Source: Syncephalis fuscata S228
Taxonomy: Eukaryota; Fungi; Zoopagomycota
Length of the DNA stretch: 64,000 bases
Direction: 5' to 3'
Assembly (NCBI GenBank): GCA_025786725.1
Contig: JAHLTZ010000033.1
Coordinates: 124,001-188,000 of the forward strand
Position 1 is the first letter of the stretch. Each line of letters starts with the position of its first letter. Shown here in pieces: positions 37,246 to 51,500 of the stretch. The translations under genes were made by a program, and so were the position numbers. The notes under the pieces were generated by a model, which was not told where the DNA came from, did not search any database, and saw nothing but the letters and a program-made list of their open reading frames with translations.

Positions 37246-39734
37246 GGCGTATTTGTATATGTTTTTCTGTTTGTGTATGTTTAGGTGCGTGTGCGTGTGC
37301 GTTGCGTGTATAGTTATGCAGACGCTGTTGTTTGATAAAAGGTAGAATAATAGACGATGGAAATAGTATTGCCGTCGTACAATTCAGGAAATAATATAGA
37401 TTGTTTAAATAAATCACTGATTGCCTAAAATGATTGTGATGTTGCAATAAAGTGTAGTAAAGTAGCAACAAAGAGCAATAGGCAACACAGCACGTGGTGT
37501 AGACAATCAGGAACCAGCCGAGCGTGGAAAACCTATTAGTGCATGCGCTTAATATGCACCTGACACTTGATATGGATGTAAAGTAGACGAGAACAGGCTC
37601 TCAGTTTAACAGAAATGAAAAGAATGTAAAATGTTAATGCGTAGGTAAATGTTGAGTGCAAAACAGCTAAGCAAACAAACCAATAAGCAAATGAATCAAT
37701 ATCAAGAACGAATAATGGTTGAGCCGATCAAAGCAAACACGCAGGTTTTAAATAACAAAAATAATGAATATTTACGGAGAATCAAACAAAATCATGTTAT
37801 AACGGGGTAACAGAAGAGAACGAGAGAACGAGAGAGAGAGAGAGAGGAAGTTGAGGTCTGCAGATTAATGTGAGAAGCCAAGGGGAGCAAGCCAAAAGAC
37901 TGCGGAAACGCGGAGATGCTGTGATGTCAGGATAAGCACTGTAGAAATGCTTTAAATTTGTTGCGAGCCATGAATATCACCATGTGCCATGTACAACCAT
38001 AGTCCACATGATATGAATGAAAAATAATATTCATTGGTCCCATCGCACATGTTCGAAGAACCATTCAAAAATAAATTTACCAATTAAAATAGATAGACTG
38101 TAGCATTAATGATACTTGGCTTTAATTGGCAATTAATAGCATCGAATAAAGTTGAAGGCCATAACTATTGACACAGAAGCACATGTTTCGTTCAAGTTTA
38201 TAATCGTTTCAAGCTGTATCATTATAGTAGTGTAACATGAAAAATAATACCGACGGTCAAGGCTAATGAGCCAATCAAAACTGTAATGTAATGATGTGTT
38301 TGGAGTTTTGTTTTAGTAATAAAAATTACAATAACCGTTCTAGTAGCATTTAAACTGCTAATTAAAGACGAAACCAAACATCTGGGTTCGTCGAAGTGTT
38401 TGAGAAAAACGAGGTGCAGTATATAGTATATAGATTAAGGCATTGAAAACCAATAATAACGTGTTTAATTAAGTCATGCGGCAGGCGGAATTTCGGAGTT
38501 ATTGCGTATTATTGCGAAAGATAATAATAAAATTAACAATAACGATCAAAGGGTGGATAAGGCAGCGATGCCAATAATAAATTTGCCATGGCTAATCCAC
38601 TCTTTGATTGGCAGTTTAAGTATCTTGCAGGCGTTCAACGGCGATCAAAAAAGTAATAAGCCATTAGTGATCGAATGAGGTATTACACAACTAAAGCAAT
38701 TACGAAAAAAGCGATTGACGTTAAATCATGTGTCGTAAAAACGTGTTTTCTACGGGACACAAAACGTACGTATGTATATGTATGTGCGTGGGCACCAATA
38801 CCATCTATCTAGCCATGTGGACCATATTAGAATAGTAAAAATAAATTAAAATATCGTATGTTTTGTTTGAAAATCAATGCGGAACGGTCAAACAATTACG
38901 ATACCATTTCAGGGCACATACAGCGCCAAGTATATCATTGCATATTAGCCGCGGGATTATAGGATTGCCAATACACACAACTTGAATGTGATTTTAAAAA
39001 AGTAACGATTGTTGCAACGCATCTATCTTGATGAAGACATGAAAGATAACAAGGTTAAACGCCGAAACACAGTTAAGCTGAAGGTGTTTGAAACACTGGC
39101 GACAAACATGTGCAACAGCGGAACGTGGAGGGGAAGGACATTGATTGACCTTAGCAGTTTTTTAAAAATGGAACCGGTTCCTATTCGTAAATCCTTGTAA
39201 GATTACAAATATATTTCAAACAAGCAGTACGGCATAAAACACGCAGATGCCCGTGTCCGCACGGTCACTTCATTTTCAATGCTCGGCTATAAGTTATCGT
39301 GCATGGGTATCAAGTGCAAATCAACCATTTGCTAAGTTCGTTTCGATGGCATCCTTAATGTACTACCGACCTTGAACTGCTCGCACGTCGTCTGCAGTTG
39401 CATGACTAATCCACATTCTAAATATACGTGAGCAGCCTATTTGCCAATCACTATCAGGGGCCAAGTGTAGACGTAGATTAATATGCCAATATTTAGGGCC
39501 TATTTTACTATTAAATGTTTATTATTATGCAAAAAATAGAATTCGACATACTATTATTAGTTTAAGCTTGGCTTTTGTACTCAATGACACAAAGAAATAA
39601 TAAACACGAAGACACAGCATAGTAATAGCTTAATTGTTATTTATTGATAAATTAGGAATTTGTTTTAATTTGATTGTATTACCATGATGCTCAATTCGAA
39701 ATTAGTAAATAGTTTACATTGTATTGTGTTACAG

Positions 39735-42630
39735 TCATAATTGCAAGGATTTATGAAGTTGATCCATTTGACGCCGATCCTCAGCCGACCATAGCTGGGT
39801 CGAGGGCGTAGCTTGCGATATTACTGGATGCAATTGCGGACCGTGTTGCGGATGCGTCGTCGTTGTCGCTAATGCTGTTGCCGCTGCAGTCAAAGGTAAA
39901 GCCGACGTTCCAGCCATTGGGCTACGAGCGGTCCAGCCACGATGCGTTGTATCTAGCTCCATCATCATTGTAGGTAGTGTAGGCAAAGTGGCATTCTGTG
40001 CTGCCATTTGCTGGGCATAATGCATTGCTAAATTTTCTGTAGAAAGTCTAGGAAGCGTGATTTGTTGCGCGGGTGACTGTTCACTTGACCGACGCTGTCC
40101 TTGAAAGCTTTCATGTGCAATAGCTTGTCTTGGCGATAATGATGCAACTGGAGGCATTGTTGCTGCTGCAGTCACGGGCAATGGATTACCAGTCGTAGCA
40201 CGACGTCGATGCGTGCTCGTATCAATTGCACCAGAATGCAGAATAGTTGTCGGTGCCATAAACGAAACTGGCATTGACATATGGGGCCTATTTTCGTAAT
40301 GCCGACTATGCATAGGTGGCACAGAGGTGTCTAAATAATAAATGTTATTGAAATAGCGTCAGCCACATATTACAGGGCGAAACAAAACATTAAGAAAGGC
40401 GAGAAGATAAAAAGCGAAGCTTATAGCGTACAAAAAAGCCGAATTTTTTACTCACTTGCAGTGTAGCTTGGAAAATGATCGGGCTGTGTTGTTAGGCCTG
40501 ATGGACTTTCCTGCAATGCCAATGCCGCCTCTTGTTGCCAGCCTTGAAGTGGTAGCAATCTTGAACGGCCGTCGCCATGACTATGACGATCTGGATGTAG
40601 AGATAAATGTTCATCGATGGGCTGCATCGATCTAGATCGTATACCTCTGTTGTATACAGGTGATTCAGGTTCTGGCGGTACAGTAGGAGCACTAGTCAAA
40701 CTATCATGCACTACTGGCGTTCTATCCCTTCTAAAATGCAGTGATAGCGCGGGGGTGTTATACGATACCGGGCGAAGTGGCGACGTTTGAGGCCCCATAG
40801 CGTCTCCGCGAGTGTGGCGCGTCGGTGAAACTGATGGTTCATGGGTAGCGCGACGGCGCGAAGAATGCCGACGCGGTGAATTGGCATACAGTAGCGTGTG
40901 AGGTTGTATCGAGGTAGCGGTATCATGGTAAGTCTCCAAAGGTCTTTCTACGGATGACGGATTACTTCTTGGCATGCTATTCGATGTAGAAGTATTTGCT
41001 TGATATTCAGCCATTAGACTTGTCCGCCGTTGGATAAACGGATTTGCATCGTAGTGCAAGTTGGCTGACACACCCGCACTACCCGCACGCGAATGTCGAT
41101 TACTATAGATTTTAAGGCCATCTGCCAATGGAGCAGGATAGAAAGGCGATGACGAAGCATGCATTGAGTGGCCACGAGGCCGTGACTGTATGCCACGTAG
41201 ATTCTTGTCAGCCGAGCCAGTTGGCGCCGTTGTCAATCCTCGAGACGGATAGGATTGTATTGAAGTGGGTGGGTACTGACTAGTATTTGTATTATTGTTA
41301 TTATGGTTATTCGTATTTTGATGTTGATGATAATGATGATAATATTGATGACGATCATTATCATTATTATCCATACGAGTATAATGACTCATATCATTGG
41401 GCGATAAGAGAGGGGCAGATAAGCGCAATGGATCAGGAGCAGATGATAAGCGAGCATATGCACTACCCTCTGATGTTACATTCGTATTTGTAAATTGTTG
41501 TGCATTAGGGGAAATTAGCATAGGGGACAGCTTATCATGATCAATCCGAGTAGGAGAATGGCTCGTGGGTGTACCTAAGCCATTTGCATGGCCTAACGTT
41601 GATATATTTAGTACACTTGCGTGACGTGTACCAGGTAAACGAATTACAATTTGGCCATGTCCACTACGGTCGAGTCCTCGACGTTTAACACCTTCTCGGT
41701 CATCTTGTGTTCGGATGGCAGAACGTGGCAAATTAACATCCGATGTATTGCGATGTGGTGGGGAAGTATCTGGAAATGTACGTTTAGCATTGGATGCCGT
41801 CATAGAATAAGTGGGCTCAATAGAAATTGATGGTGTTGTGCGGGATGGCGTTGCTGTTTTTGATACAGAGTGCAGTGGATTTGCATATGCATCTTCAGTG
41901 CCGAGAAAACCAGCTGACACTGTTGTTGTTGTTGTTGTTGCTGCTGCTGCTGTTGTCAATGGCCATTGTATTTGCGGTGGTGTGTGATGTTGCAGATAAT
42001 CCGGTATAGTGTGATTAACAAAGTTTGTTATTGTTACCGCTGCCGTTGATGCTGAGTTATCGGCCGATTTGGTATCAATTGATTAGTTCCATTAATTGGT
42101 GAATCTTCAGGCTGGTCCATAAGATCTTCGGGATAGATACCTGGTGGAAGCTGGATATGTGCTAGACGTGGGTCAGCCGATGGAGTAATAAGCTGCCCAT
42201 TGATAATTGAACTTTCTCGATAATAGGAAATTAAATGCCAACGTCGACCCGATGTCGTACGAAAGGAAAGAGCACGTTTAATTAAACCATCTGGTTGATA
42301 ACGAAATTCCCGACGGCTTACACTTCGTATATTCGGAGTTCTACCCACCGGAATGGCCGAGTCAACTGGTGTTCGTTGACGACGGCCGGCCAATTCACGG
42401 TAGGAAAGAAATCCGTTGACCACGCGCGATGGTGACCATGAGCGTCCATCGGTCCAGCGTCGCATGCCAGTCTCGCTCTCGTCCCAAACAAATACAGTGC
42501 CCGATTGTACAAGACATCGCTCACGATCACTGAGTCGATGCCGTACACGTGGCAGTATATTTAAACAGCACGCTTCAATAACCATCAGTGCATCGCGCAG
42601 TGTGCGCATATGGCCATGATAAGTTTCCAT
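39735..42630 (-). CDS. Gti1/Pac2 (WOPR) family transcription factor, copy 2; apparent frameshift at ~42037-42085; intron 40455-40331
   Basis: METYHGHMRTLRDALMVIEAC..SGTVFVWDESETGMRRWTDGRSWSPSRV..FLSYREL..DGLIKRALS..HLISYY; long S/P/H-rich region; C-terminal WSAEDRRQMDQL. Confidence 0.9.
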
Positions 42631-45600
42631 ACTAATGTTAATAATCTGTATTCTATAAATAATCAGCTATCTTTGAACAAGACATCCATGGTTTAATCGT
42701 AGAAATTACCTTATTTTTACACAAATGATAATTTGAGACTATTCAATGCAAGCAAATCTGAAGATCCTTTGTTAATTTGGGTATATGAAAACAAATAAAC
42801 AATAACAATGTATAGATCAATGGCAAATACAATAGATAGAATATACCTAATTGGTAATGTTCAAATCAACGGTACGGAATTTAAGATACTATACAGCGGA
42901 TCAGCAATGAAAAAAGCTTAATGCACAGTTGTGATAACGGCAAGGATGTGATGAACGTTGTGCAATGAATTTATCCACTATGCGTTGCTGATCGTAATTT
43001 TGTGCTGTGAGAATGCAAAAATGGAATGTAATAAGCAATAAAACCAAGCTGATTCTGTAACAAAGTAAAATAAAATTGAAATAATTGCCAGTAGATAAAA
43101 GTCAAATAATTTCAAATGGATATGTTCCAATAAAGGGAGTAGAATGTGCTTTGGTCGTGCAAAACAAGCGAGTAGGTTCTACAAACGCTACTCAAAGGCT
43201 TGGCGTCACCACTTTATAATATCTTGTCGGTATTAGCGACGAATAAAATAAAGCTTTTGTACTGATTTAATACTATCAAATTAATCTGGGATAAATAGCG
43301 ATAGTGTTGACGCTAATAAAAATAGTAATAATGGTAATAATAATAATAATAATAAAATAATAAAGGAATAATAAGAATAATGGTAATGATAATGACAGTA
43401 ATACTATAATACTAATAATGAAGCGAATAATGCTAGTAAAGATAGTAGTCGATGTACGTAGCTAATACGTTACAGTGTAAGATCGCTAATTTTTAAGTTC
43501 AATTTTGATTACAGCGTTCTTAGTAAATAGCTGCTTGATTCGATGTTAATTAAAATAATAGACTAGAGAACAACCGGCCGAGGAGAACAAGTATTCCTAA
43601 ATAAAATGTGCACAGTGGCGCGTTCTCGACTAAAGCCAGCGATGCATGTGTATATGTAAATTGCCTACAACAGCGTATTTTGTCTGAATTCACGTGAATA
43701 CAACAGAACACAGTTATCAATGGTACACGTGGTGTAAAAGTCAAACATATAGAAGGCCACCAATATGCGTTGTGGCCTTTGCCGACGACAGTAGTTGACT
43801 ATAGGTTGGCCTATACTGTTAAACCAAGTGAATTCAAGCAGGAATGAAGGCAAAAGAATATGCAAAGAAAAATAAACGCTTGCTTTCTATAACAAGCGCT
43901 AGCAGAAGAGCGGCCCAACAAGCTGACTGTAAGGAAAGCTAAGCTAGATAGCCGCGGAGTAGCACACTACTATTGTTATTACTCTGCTCCACAGTAAGGT
44001 TACTCAAATACACACACACAAATACAAACACACACACACACACACGCGCGCGCGGTATTGGAATGCGTAAGGCCACCAAACTGAATGTTCAGTCTGAATG
44101 AGCTTGTGGCTAAGGAATAGGCGCGCGTATATGTGTATATGTGTGCCGCGTAAGGTGTTGCAGCTAAGAGCGGGGAAGACGGGTTCAACAGTACAGCGAC
44201 AAAGTAGGTCGCAACTATTCTTAAGAGCAAAGAGAGGCGGACTTGTATAGTGTATTAAATTGCACTAAAAATTAAAAATAGCGATTGAAAAGGTACTCAA
44301 TATGATGGAACAACAGTGAAAGGGCTTGGCGGTTAAGGAAACTGAAGGAGTAGAATAGATAAAGATAGGCGAAGAGTGTGGAGGTCGGCTTAAATGTACA
44401 CATGCGGGGAAGATGGAACCAGATAATGATGTAGCAATGAGTGAAAAATGCACAAATACGCGCACAAACAATATAATTCAATAGAAACCGTTTAGTACTA
44501 CAAGCATCTTGTTACTTGAGGTTGTACTAGCCGGCGAATAGGAGATGGCCGGGGACACATGATATGAATATCTAACATAGTGCATGGCGGCATGTGGTGA
44601 TATTGTGCGTGGATAATGGTCGAGAATCGAGCGGCCTGCTGGTTAGAAGACAAAAGAAGCTACAGGCGTGTTCGCTTTGTGAAACCGTTGGAAGAGAAGT
44701 TGCCAAAAGCAAAATGGCAGCGAGCGCATGCTGGGCATGAAATTATTGTTGCTTTAGACTCAAAAAATGATTAAAATGGAAGTTCCATAATTTATTAATA
44801 AACCTAGATACGTTCCAAGCGCGCTAAGCAACCAATAGAGTCAGTAGCTCAAGCTCCGCTCATTCCAAATGAAGAAGGATCGTTTGTGTAAATTAGTGGC
44901 GGAAATAACCGGACAGAGATTTTTACCGCGGCCTCAAAAGTCTGATCAATGTAGGCAATGCAGCAAACATAGGAGCGTGTCGGCTGACTTGGTGGTCAGG
45001 TAGTGTTGAACACGGGCCAATAATAGCTGCCAGGTGGATGGTGATTTTAGTTGGCAGCATTTCTATGGCAATTGCGTAAACGAGTTACCTGCATACTAAT
45101 TTACTGGTACCTACCAAAGTGGCTATGTGGCAGGTGGCACAAATTATGCATAAGATGATGAAATAATGATATAGGCCGCGCCATTGCAGCTGCTATTTAT
45201 TGGGCGAGACAGCGCTATGGTGGACCATAGACAAGGATAAAGGCAGCAAAGGACTAGTAGGCAATGGTGGGTCAGGCGAGCAATGGGCAAATATGTACGC
45301 TACATCTAGCCAACAAATTGTTGTGATATTATTCTTTGTGTCTGCCGCGCATAGGTAGGACAAAAAATGCTTAAAGGATGAAACAGGTCATCTTGGTGCT
45401 GCTCAGGTTACCTGTTGATGTTACAGAACAGTACGGTTATCGATAAAACAGCCACATGATGAATGACAGCGGCTGTACAACCAGCATGCCAGAATGTAAG
45501 TGGCCCGTTGGCCTTGAATGCCAATTTGCTGCAAATGAAATGTCAGGGAGCAACCCGGTACAGCCTTTGTATAATTATAGGTCAATAAGGTGACAAGAAG

Positions 45601-45639
45601 TTGCGGATAATCCGTGAGTAATTTATTAGTAAAATGGTT

Positions 45640-45850
45640 AATCGCTGGACTATTAAAGATTGATTGATTAAGCATCATTATATTACTAATGGATTATTAA
45701 AGATTAATTAATAAATTGTTAGTAGATTAATTAATACGTCATTAAAATGTTAATAAATAATTAAATGGAAATTAATAAACTATTCAAGATGAATTAATGA
45801 GTTATTACATATTAATTAATGGATCATTAAAAACGTTAATTGGTATAATA
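45640..45850. repeat. Degenerate AT-rich ~43-bp minisatellite (about 5 units)
   Basis: Recurring TGGA(C/T)TATTAAAGATT..ATTAATTAA units starting near 45646, 45690, 45735, 45776 and 45820. Confidence 0.55.
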
Positions 45851-46650
45851 ACGCAAATGGCAGTTTTGTTATTTTATAAAATTAGTTAGCATTTAAATCA
45901 TTATTCAATATCATAATAAAATAGAAATCAACATAGACACACGTAAAAAAACGGTTGGAACTGTGTAAATAGAGCAACTATTATTGATACATACTACAAT
46001 TTGTACGCATTATTTCTTGCTACACATGATAAAAGCAAAACGACGCGCACAAACTTGATTACATTTGTAATTAAATGTAATAGATCAAAACTGACCATAG
46101 GTATGTGCGGAAGAGCACACATATGCGTTTTCGCTGAAAGGTTAAAGTAACAAAGTTCATAGCTAAACTGAATCTGGCATCGGCAGTAGGGAGGCCAGGG
46201 TCAATAGGATCAACAGCAAAATAGTGCTGTAAGCTATGGAATATCATGTCAGCAAGAATAATAGGTAGACCGTAGATTCCTTGTGACTTTAGCGTAGAAA
46301 GTTGCTGTCAAAGGTACGCGCAAGCGTGTTGAAACCAAAAAAGAGACTGAAATGCAAAAACAAACAAACTGAAGTTGCTATTGATAAGTAAAAGGTAGTA
46401 AAGCATAGAATAGCAAAAGCCATGGTATGCAAACGCAAACGCAAAATTGCGATCGGTAATATAATGCAATGCAAGCGAATCTGTCAATAAAATAATGCTT
46501 GCCATCTATGCTAGCAGTTGAGGTCATGTTAATAATAGTAATGTCTTTTAAATTGTCACGGTAATGATTGGAAAGAAAATAAAAAGTAGCGATTATGAAT
46601 ATAAGCTATTCGCAAATGCACATAATCGTGGATGCAAAATTAATCCTATA

Positions 46651-46761
46651 TTACGCGGATAAATGACCGCTGGACCAGGTTGTTTGTGGCCAGCTTTTGC
46701 ACTCATGGCAATGGCAGTTGGACGGCGGTGGGAGATCCACTGGCAATGTGTGTTGCTGGCT

Positions 46762-46800
<39 letters not shown>

Positions 46801-48522
46801 CGCTGTTGTTGTTGGTGTTGCAAACCACTCAGGTGGACTGGGGAACCGATGGCGTGATGCATCAACATAGGACGCGGGTCCCGTGGCAGCGCCAGTGCCG
46901 TGGCTAAGCGTAGAGCGTCTCTTGCGATTTGATGTATGATACGGATGGAGTTCAGATTGCACCTGATTACGACGCCACAATGGCTTATAGTTAGCCTGTT
47001 CTTGAGCAATGTAGTTTTTAGGAACTATAGAACGAGTAGGAGATGCCGATGTTATAGCCAATTGATGGACATTTAGCGATGTTTCAACGCATAAAGATGG
47101 TGCTTTTGTTTCGGAATAACGACGTCTTTCTGCTATGCTTGTTGTACGTGCCATAAATGGCTCGTGCGATACAACCATTTTACCGTGAGTGTATTCAGCA
47201 GTTGAACTGTAGAGTTGTCGCGAGGCATGGCTGGGTACTGCTGGAAAGTAGGTGTCATCGCACTCTTTGGGCTGCCTTTGCAAAGCAAATCGATCCAGCG
47301 AATTAACCGGTGTTGGCAATGCGCCTGTGATAGCTGGAGAAATAGGTGAAGACACGCTAATGGCCGTATTCGGCTGTGAAACCCAAGCGGTTTTGCTTGT
47401 AGACGGTGCAGAGAAGTAGTCATAGTCTTGACTTTTACGCCTGTACTCTGGCGATATAGGTCCATAGGCACCATTTACGTTCAATCTCTCTCTTTGTCCT
47501 AGCGAGATTGATCTGGTTGAAAAATCAATTGCAGAGACAGGTGTTGGTGCACCATACTTTGCAGTACCAGCATTGGGACTCAATGAAGCGCGTGGTATAA
47601 TGCCAGTGTCATAGTGATGCTGGTGCAATTGTGCTAGCGACGGTAAATACTCAGTAGACTGCACTGGCTGCCGCAATGGCAGTGGGTGGCGTGTGGGATT
47701 TTGCACCGGTGCAAACATGCCAGAAAACGCGTTATGTGCGTCGCTATCTTTTGCCGGCGTCGTATAGGCTTGCTCGTGTTTGGATAACGGTGCTGCATGG
47801 CTAACATGTGGTGTAACTTCCTTCTGCGGAGAGTGTAGCCTAATTGCAGACGCATGGCCGCGACCTTGTGTATTAGCAAAACGCCAAGTTGTTTTCCCAT
47901 CTGCGCTAATTTCACAGACAAGTTCAGGATACAAAAGGTCGGGTATTTTAATCATGCTGATCCGAGCGTCGTTGCGGGGTATTTTGAGACGGCCAGCCAC
48001 AACATCACTCGCATTGTAGTATGAAATCAAATGGTACTTTCTACCATCAGCCGTGCTAAGCGAAAGTGCACGCTTGGTCAAGCCATGTCGCTTCATCTGC
48101 AGCCGACGGCCCGAGGAGGTCGCCGATGCAGGATCAAAGTAAGCTGCACCTTTCGTCGAAGACGACGAAGACGACGATGAAAGCGACGACGGAGGTGATG
48201 GAAATCCATTTTGGGCCATTTGAGAACTTGATTTACTGGGATTCTCGTCTAATCCCATTGATACTGAGCTTAGCGGGTCGTCCAATTCACGATAGGTAAG
48301 GAAGTTACCTCGTGCTCGTGATGAGGACCAGCTACGTCCATCTGTCCAGCGATGGATACCAGTGGCATCTTCGTCCCACACAAACACTGATCCAGACCGA
48401 ATAGCATTGCGTTCATGATCAGTTAATCGTCGATGTGTACGTTGTAAAATTTCAATGCGACATGCTTCGAAAATAAGCAAAGCATCGAGCACGGTCTCGA
48501 CATAACCAAAGTAACACTCCAT
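46651..48522 (-). CDS. Gti1/Pac2 (WOPR) family transcription factor, copy 3 (intact ORF)
   Basis: MECYFGYVETVLDALLIFEAC..RRLTDHERNAIRSGSVFVWDEDATGIHRWTDGRSWSSSR..FLTYREL..HGLTKRALS..HLISYY. Confidence 0.95.
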
Positions 48523-51500
48523 TTGATGGCTATAGATGTGGTTTAGGCAAAAAACAATAAAGCACACACACTAGACTGAACTTTAAAGTAATTGATAATG
48601 GCAGAATACCAGTGAATAAACAACAAAAAGCACAGAATTGTGGAATGGGCGGTAAAGTACGAAAGTGCAAACAAATACTAATAAAGTGCTTGCAATGTTG
48701 TGCAAATTTACTAAATTTTGAATTTAAATATAAAGTATTAATTAGCTGGATAAGAGAAGTGAAAGGCCGTAGCCATTTTAGCTTACCTAGCTTACAGTGA
48801 AATTTCAGAAATGCCGAACGAGGTCAGCAGATGAAAGTCTTTGTGTAATTAAGCAATGAATTATGTTGTGTTACGGCTATACGGCAAATCTAAAAGCAGT
48901 AAACTTGGCTTGGTGCAAATAGTGAATTTTTAACCAGAAGAATTGGCAGCTAAAGTCACCAAGCAAATAAAATGTGGATTATTTAGATACTGGTTATTAA
49001 AATAATGCTAAAAAGTCAATATGATGCTATAGTTTTATAACGATGTAAATACTGACTTTGATAACAGTTTGAGTACTTAAAAGTAACAGTGCTATATTCG
49101 AATAGCAGCTATAGTAAGTTCTGAGTATAGCTACAGCTGGACAGCAAAAATAATTGAGTATAAATTGATAATATTGTTTTGCTATACTACGACGTCAAAA
49201 CTAACAAATAATGCTTTTTTGAATTATAAAAGTTGTAAAAGGCAAAAGGTAAACCAGATGCAATTAGTCACACCCGGAATAAGGCAACTACACTTAATGT
49301 GTTTGAATTAAAATCAAATGAACTAGAAAGATGCAAAAAGCAACACAATAAACCAGTTGCTTCGGTGTAGGCGTATAAACAAATCTGGAAACTGAGAATG
49401 AATACGACGATTTCTAATTAATAGAGAGATAAGCGATAATACGCTTTTTTAAGAAAAACTATTAAAGTAGATATTTGAATGGAATTTACCAATGCACACG
49501 CCAAGGGAAATAGGCTTGTCTAGCAAAGAGCACACCAAATTTTAATCGAATTTGGCACTGCCAGGCACAATTTGTTGGCAAATAGACCAGACGAAGTGCT
49601 AGGAAAAGATTGGGCAAAGCGATCAAAGACAAAGATAAGTAAATAACGACAACGAGAATAAGGGTATGAAAAGAAATGGATTGTTATGATTTTTGGAGCC
49701 CATTATGTAGGCCGTTGCAAAACATGTCTATATAACTGGAAAGCACATTCCTAATCGACCACGCGGTCAGGACCCTACGGTAGCAGCAATGGCGATGGAA
49801 GTACAACCGATAGACCGGGCCAACCGCCCAAAGCGATGACGAATCCAAAACGTGGAGGACAGCTAACTTTACTTCTTAATCCGAGGATTAATACAAGGCG
49901 AAAGAAATATCGGAGTATTTTCTTTGGACTTAGCAGATGAACTGCGGTGGGAAATAGAAGCCAATGGCTAGCGACAGTCGTCATGACGACAAGGTCCTTT
50001 GACAAAATCATATTCTATTACACTGCAGCGTCTAAGTATTCTACTGTCATAGCAAAGGATGCAAACAGGTCAGGTGGATAAATTTGTACGCGTGTGAGAT
50101 ACGCGAATATGCCGAGTGTACTACAGTTGGAGCCGCGACAGCGTGTATATCGCGCGAAAGTAGCCGAACCGACGTGCGTGAATGTAGGTGTGGCTTTCTG
50201 ATAAAAATAGAACTCTATGGCATTGTCGAAAAATATGGTTGGGCACACGTGGCGTTTCAGTAGCAAGTTTGCTGCTGGCGAGCACCATAGTGTCAGCAAA
50301 CGATGAGAGATGAAGCGAAAGTAGCTCAACCACATGGCACCACCCGATGTGCTCGCAGAACAGTAAGAGCTCTTGTGCAGCTGTTGTACAATCCCAGTAA
50401 TGCTCAATTACACATAGGTTGAAACACTTTGAGGTCACGCAATGCTATGACAATTCCCAGTCGGCCAGAATAAGAATAGATTAGTAATGATCATAAGACC
50501 AATACTGCATTTAATACTGTAACAAAAAGAGTGTCAAACTTATTTATTAATGAATAAATTTAATTAAATAATTACGCATAAAGTTGAAATATCGATTGCC
50601 ATAAAGAATTAGGTTTTATTGAACCCGTTTTGGATTAAAACAGTAATGGCTGTTCGGCCGATTTTTTACCATACACGACAGTGGTCACGGTCACCCTGCA
50701 CTGCACCACTTGATGTCGGAATCGTGGCCGGGCCACTTGCATCGTATTCCGTGTGACCGCGCCCCGGGCGTTACGCTTCCGGCAACCTACCTCCGACAGG
50801 TAAGGCAGCAGCATCCAAAATCATGATAATGATAATCATGATGATAGTGGTGCTATCGATAGTGATGGTCGGTAAAATCATGTCAAGGATCTAATAATAA
50901 TGGACGTGAATGTAATTGATTGTTTCAACAGCAACATACAGCTGCCGGTACGACATTGGCGTTACCACATTCTGTTGTAGCCAAGGTGGCTGAAGCAATG
51001 ATGGGAAAGGATGGCGTACACACGGGTAAACGAACAGGCACGCGGCATATTTACCAAGTCACGCGCATCATGTGCCTAGTCAAAAGGATATTGTTGTAAG
51101 AAAAACGGTTATTTTGGCATCATGACAAACGTAGCCTGCACGCTGTCATTATCGCCGACGCAGCCATACGCCATCGCTCACTTGACCCCGCGTTACAAGA
51201 GTTCTATAACGCAATTTCTGTAAAAGACATTTTTCTACTTCCCACTCCGTATTTTCTCATTTTTCTCTTGCAAAATACATACACAATTGACGCACGCACG
51301 CACGACGCACGTACGTACGTACGACATACATGTGTACACATACCCATACTCACAGATAGAGACACACACACAAATACAAGCTAATGATAGTGCGCGCTGA
51401 TTGGTGTCGTCGACTATCGAATTCCTAATGCCGGTAGCTCATGTACTCCATCTCGGCGGTGTACCACCGCAGTCCACTTTATCACAGACTTATAATGCAA

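Noticed and set aside
46593-47009. Poly-Gln, poly-Cys and poly-Leu ORFs overlapping WOPR copy 3
   Set aside because: Alternative readings of one trinucleotide/hexanucleotide microsatellite; the main ORF is continuous
48578-48590. AACTTTAAAGT palindrome resembling a Wor1 site near the start of WOPR copy 3
   Set aside because: A single short AT-rich match is expected by chance
49775-50438. ORFs of 78-129 aa upstream of WOPR copy 3
   Set aside because: Non-ATG starts, no motifs or splice structure; probably promoter or leader DNA
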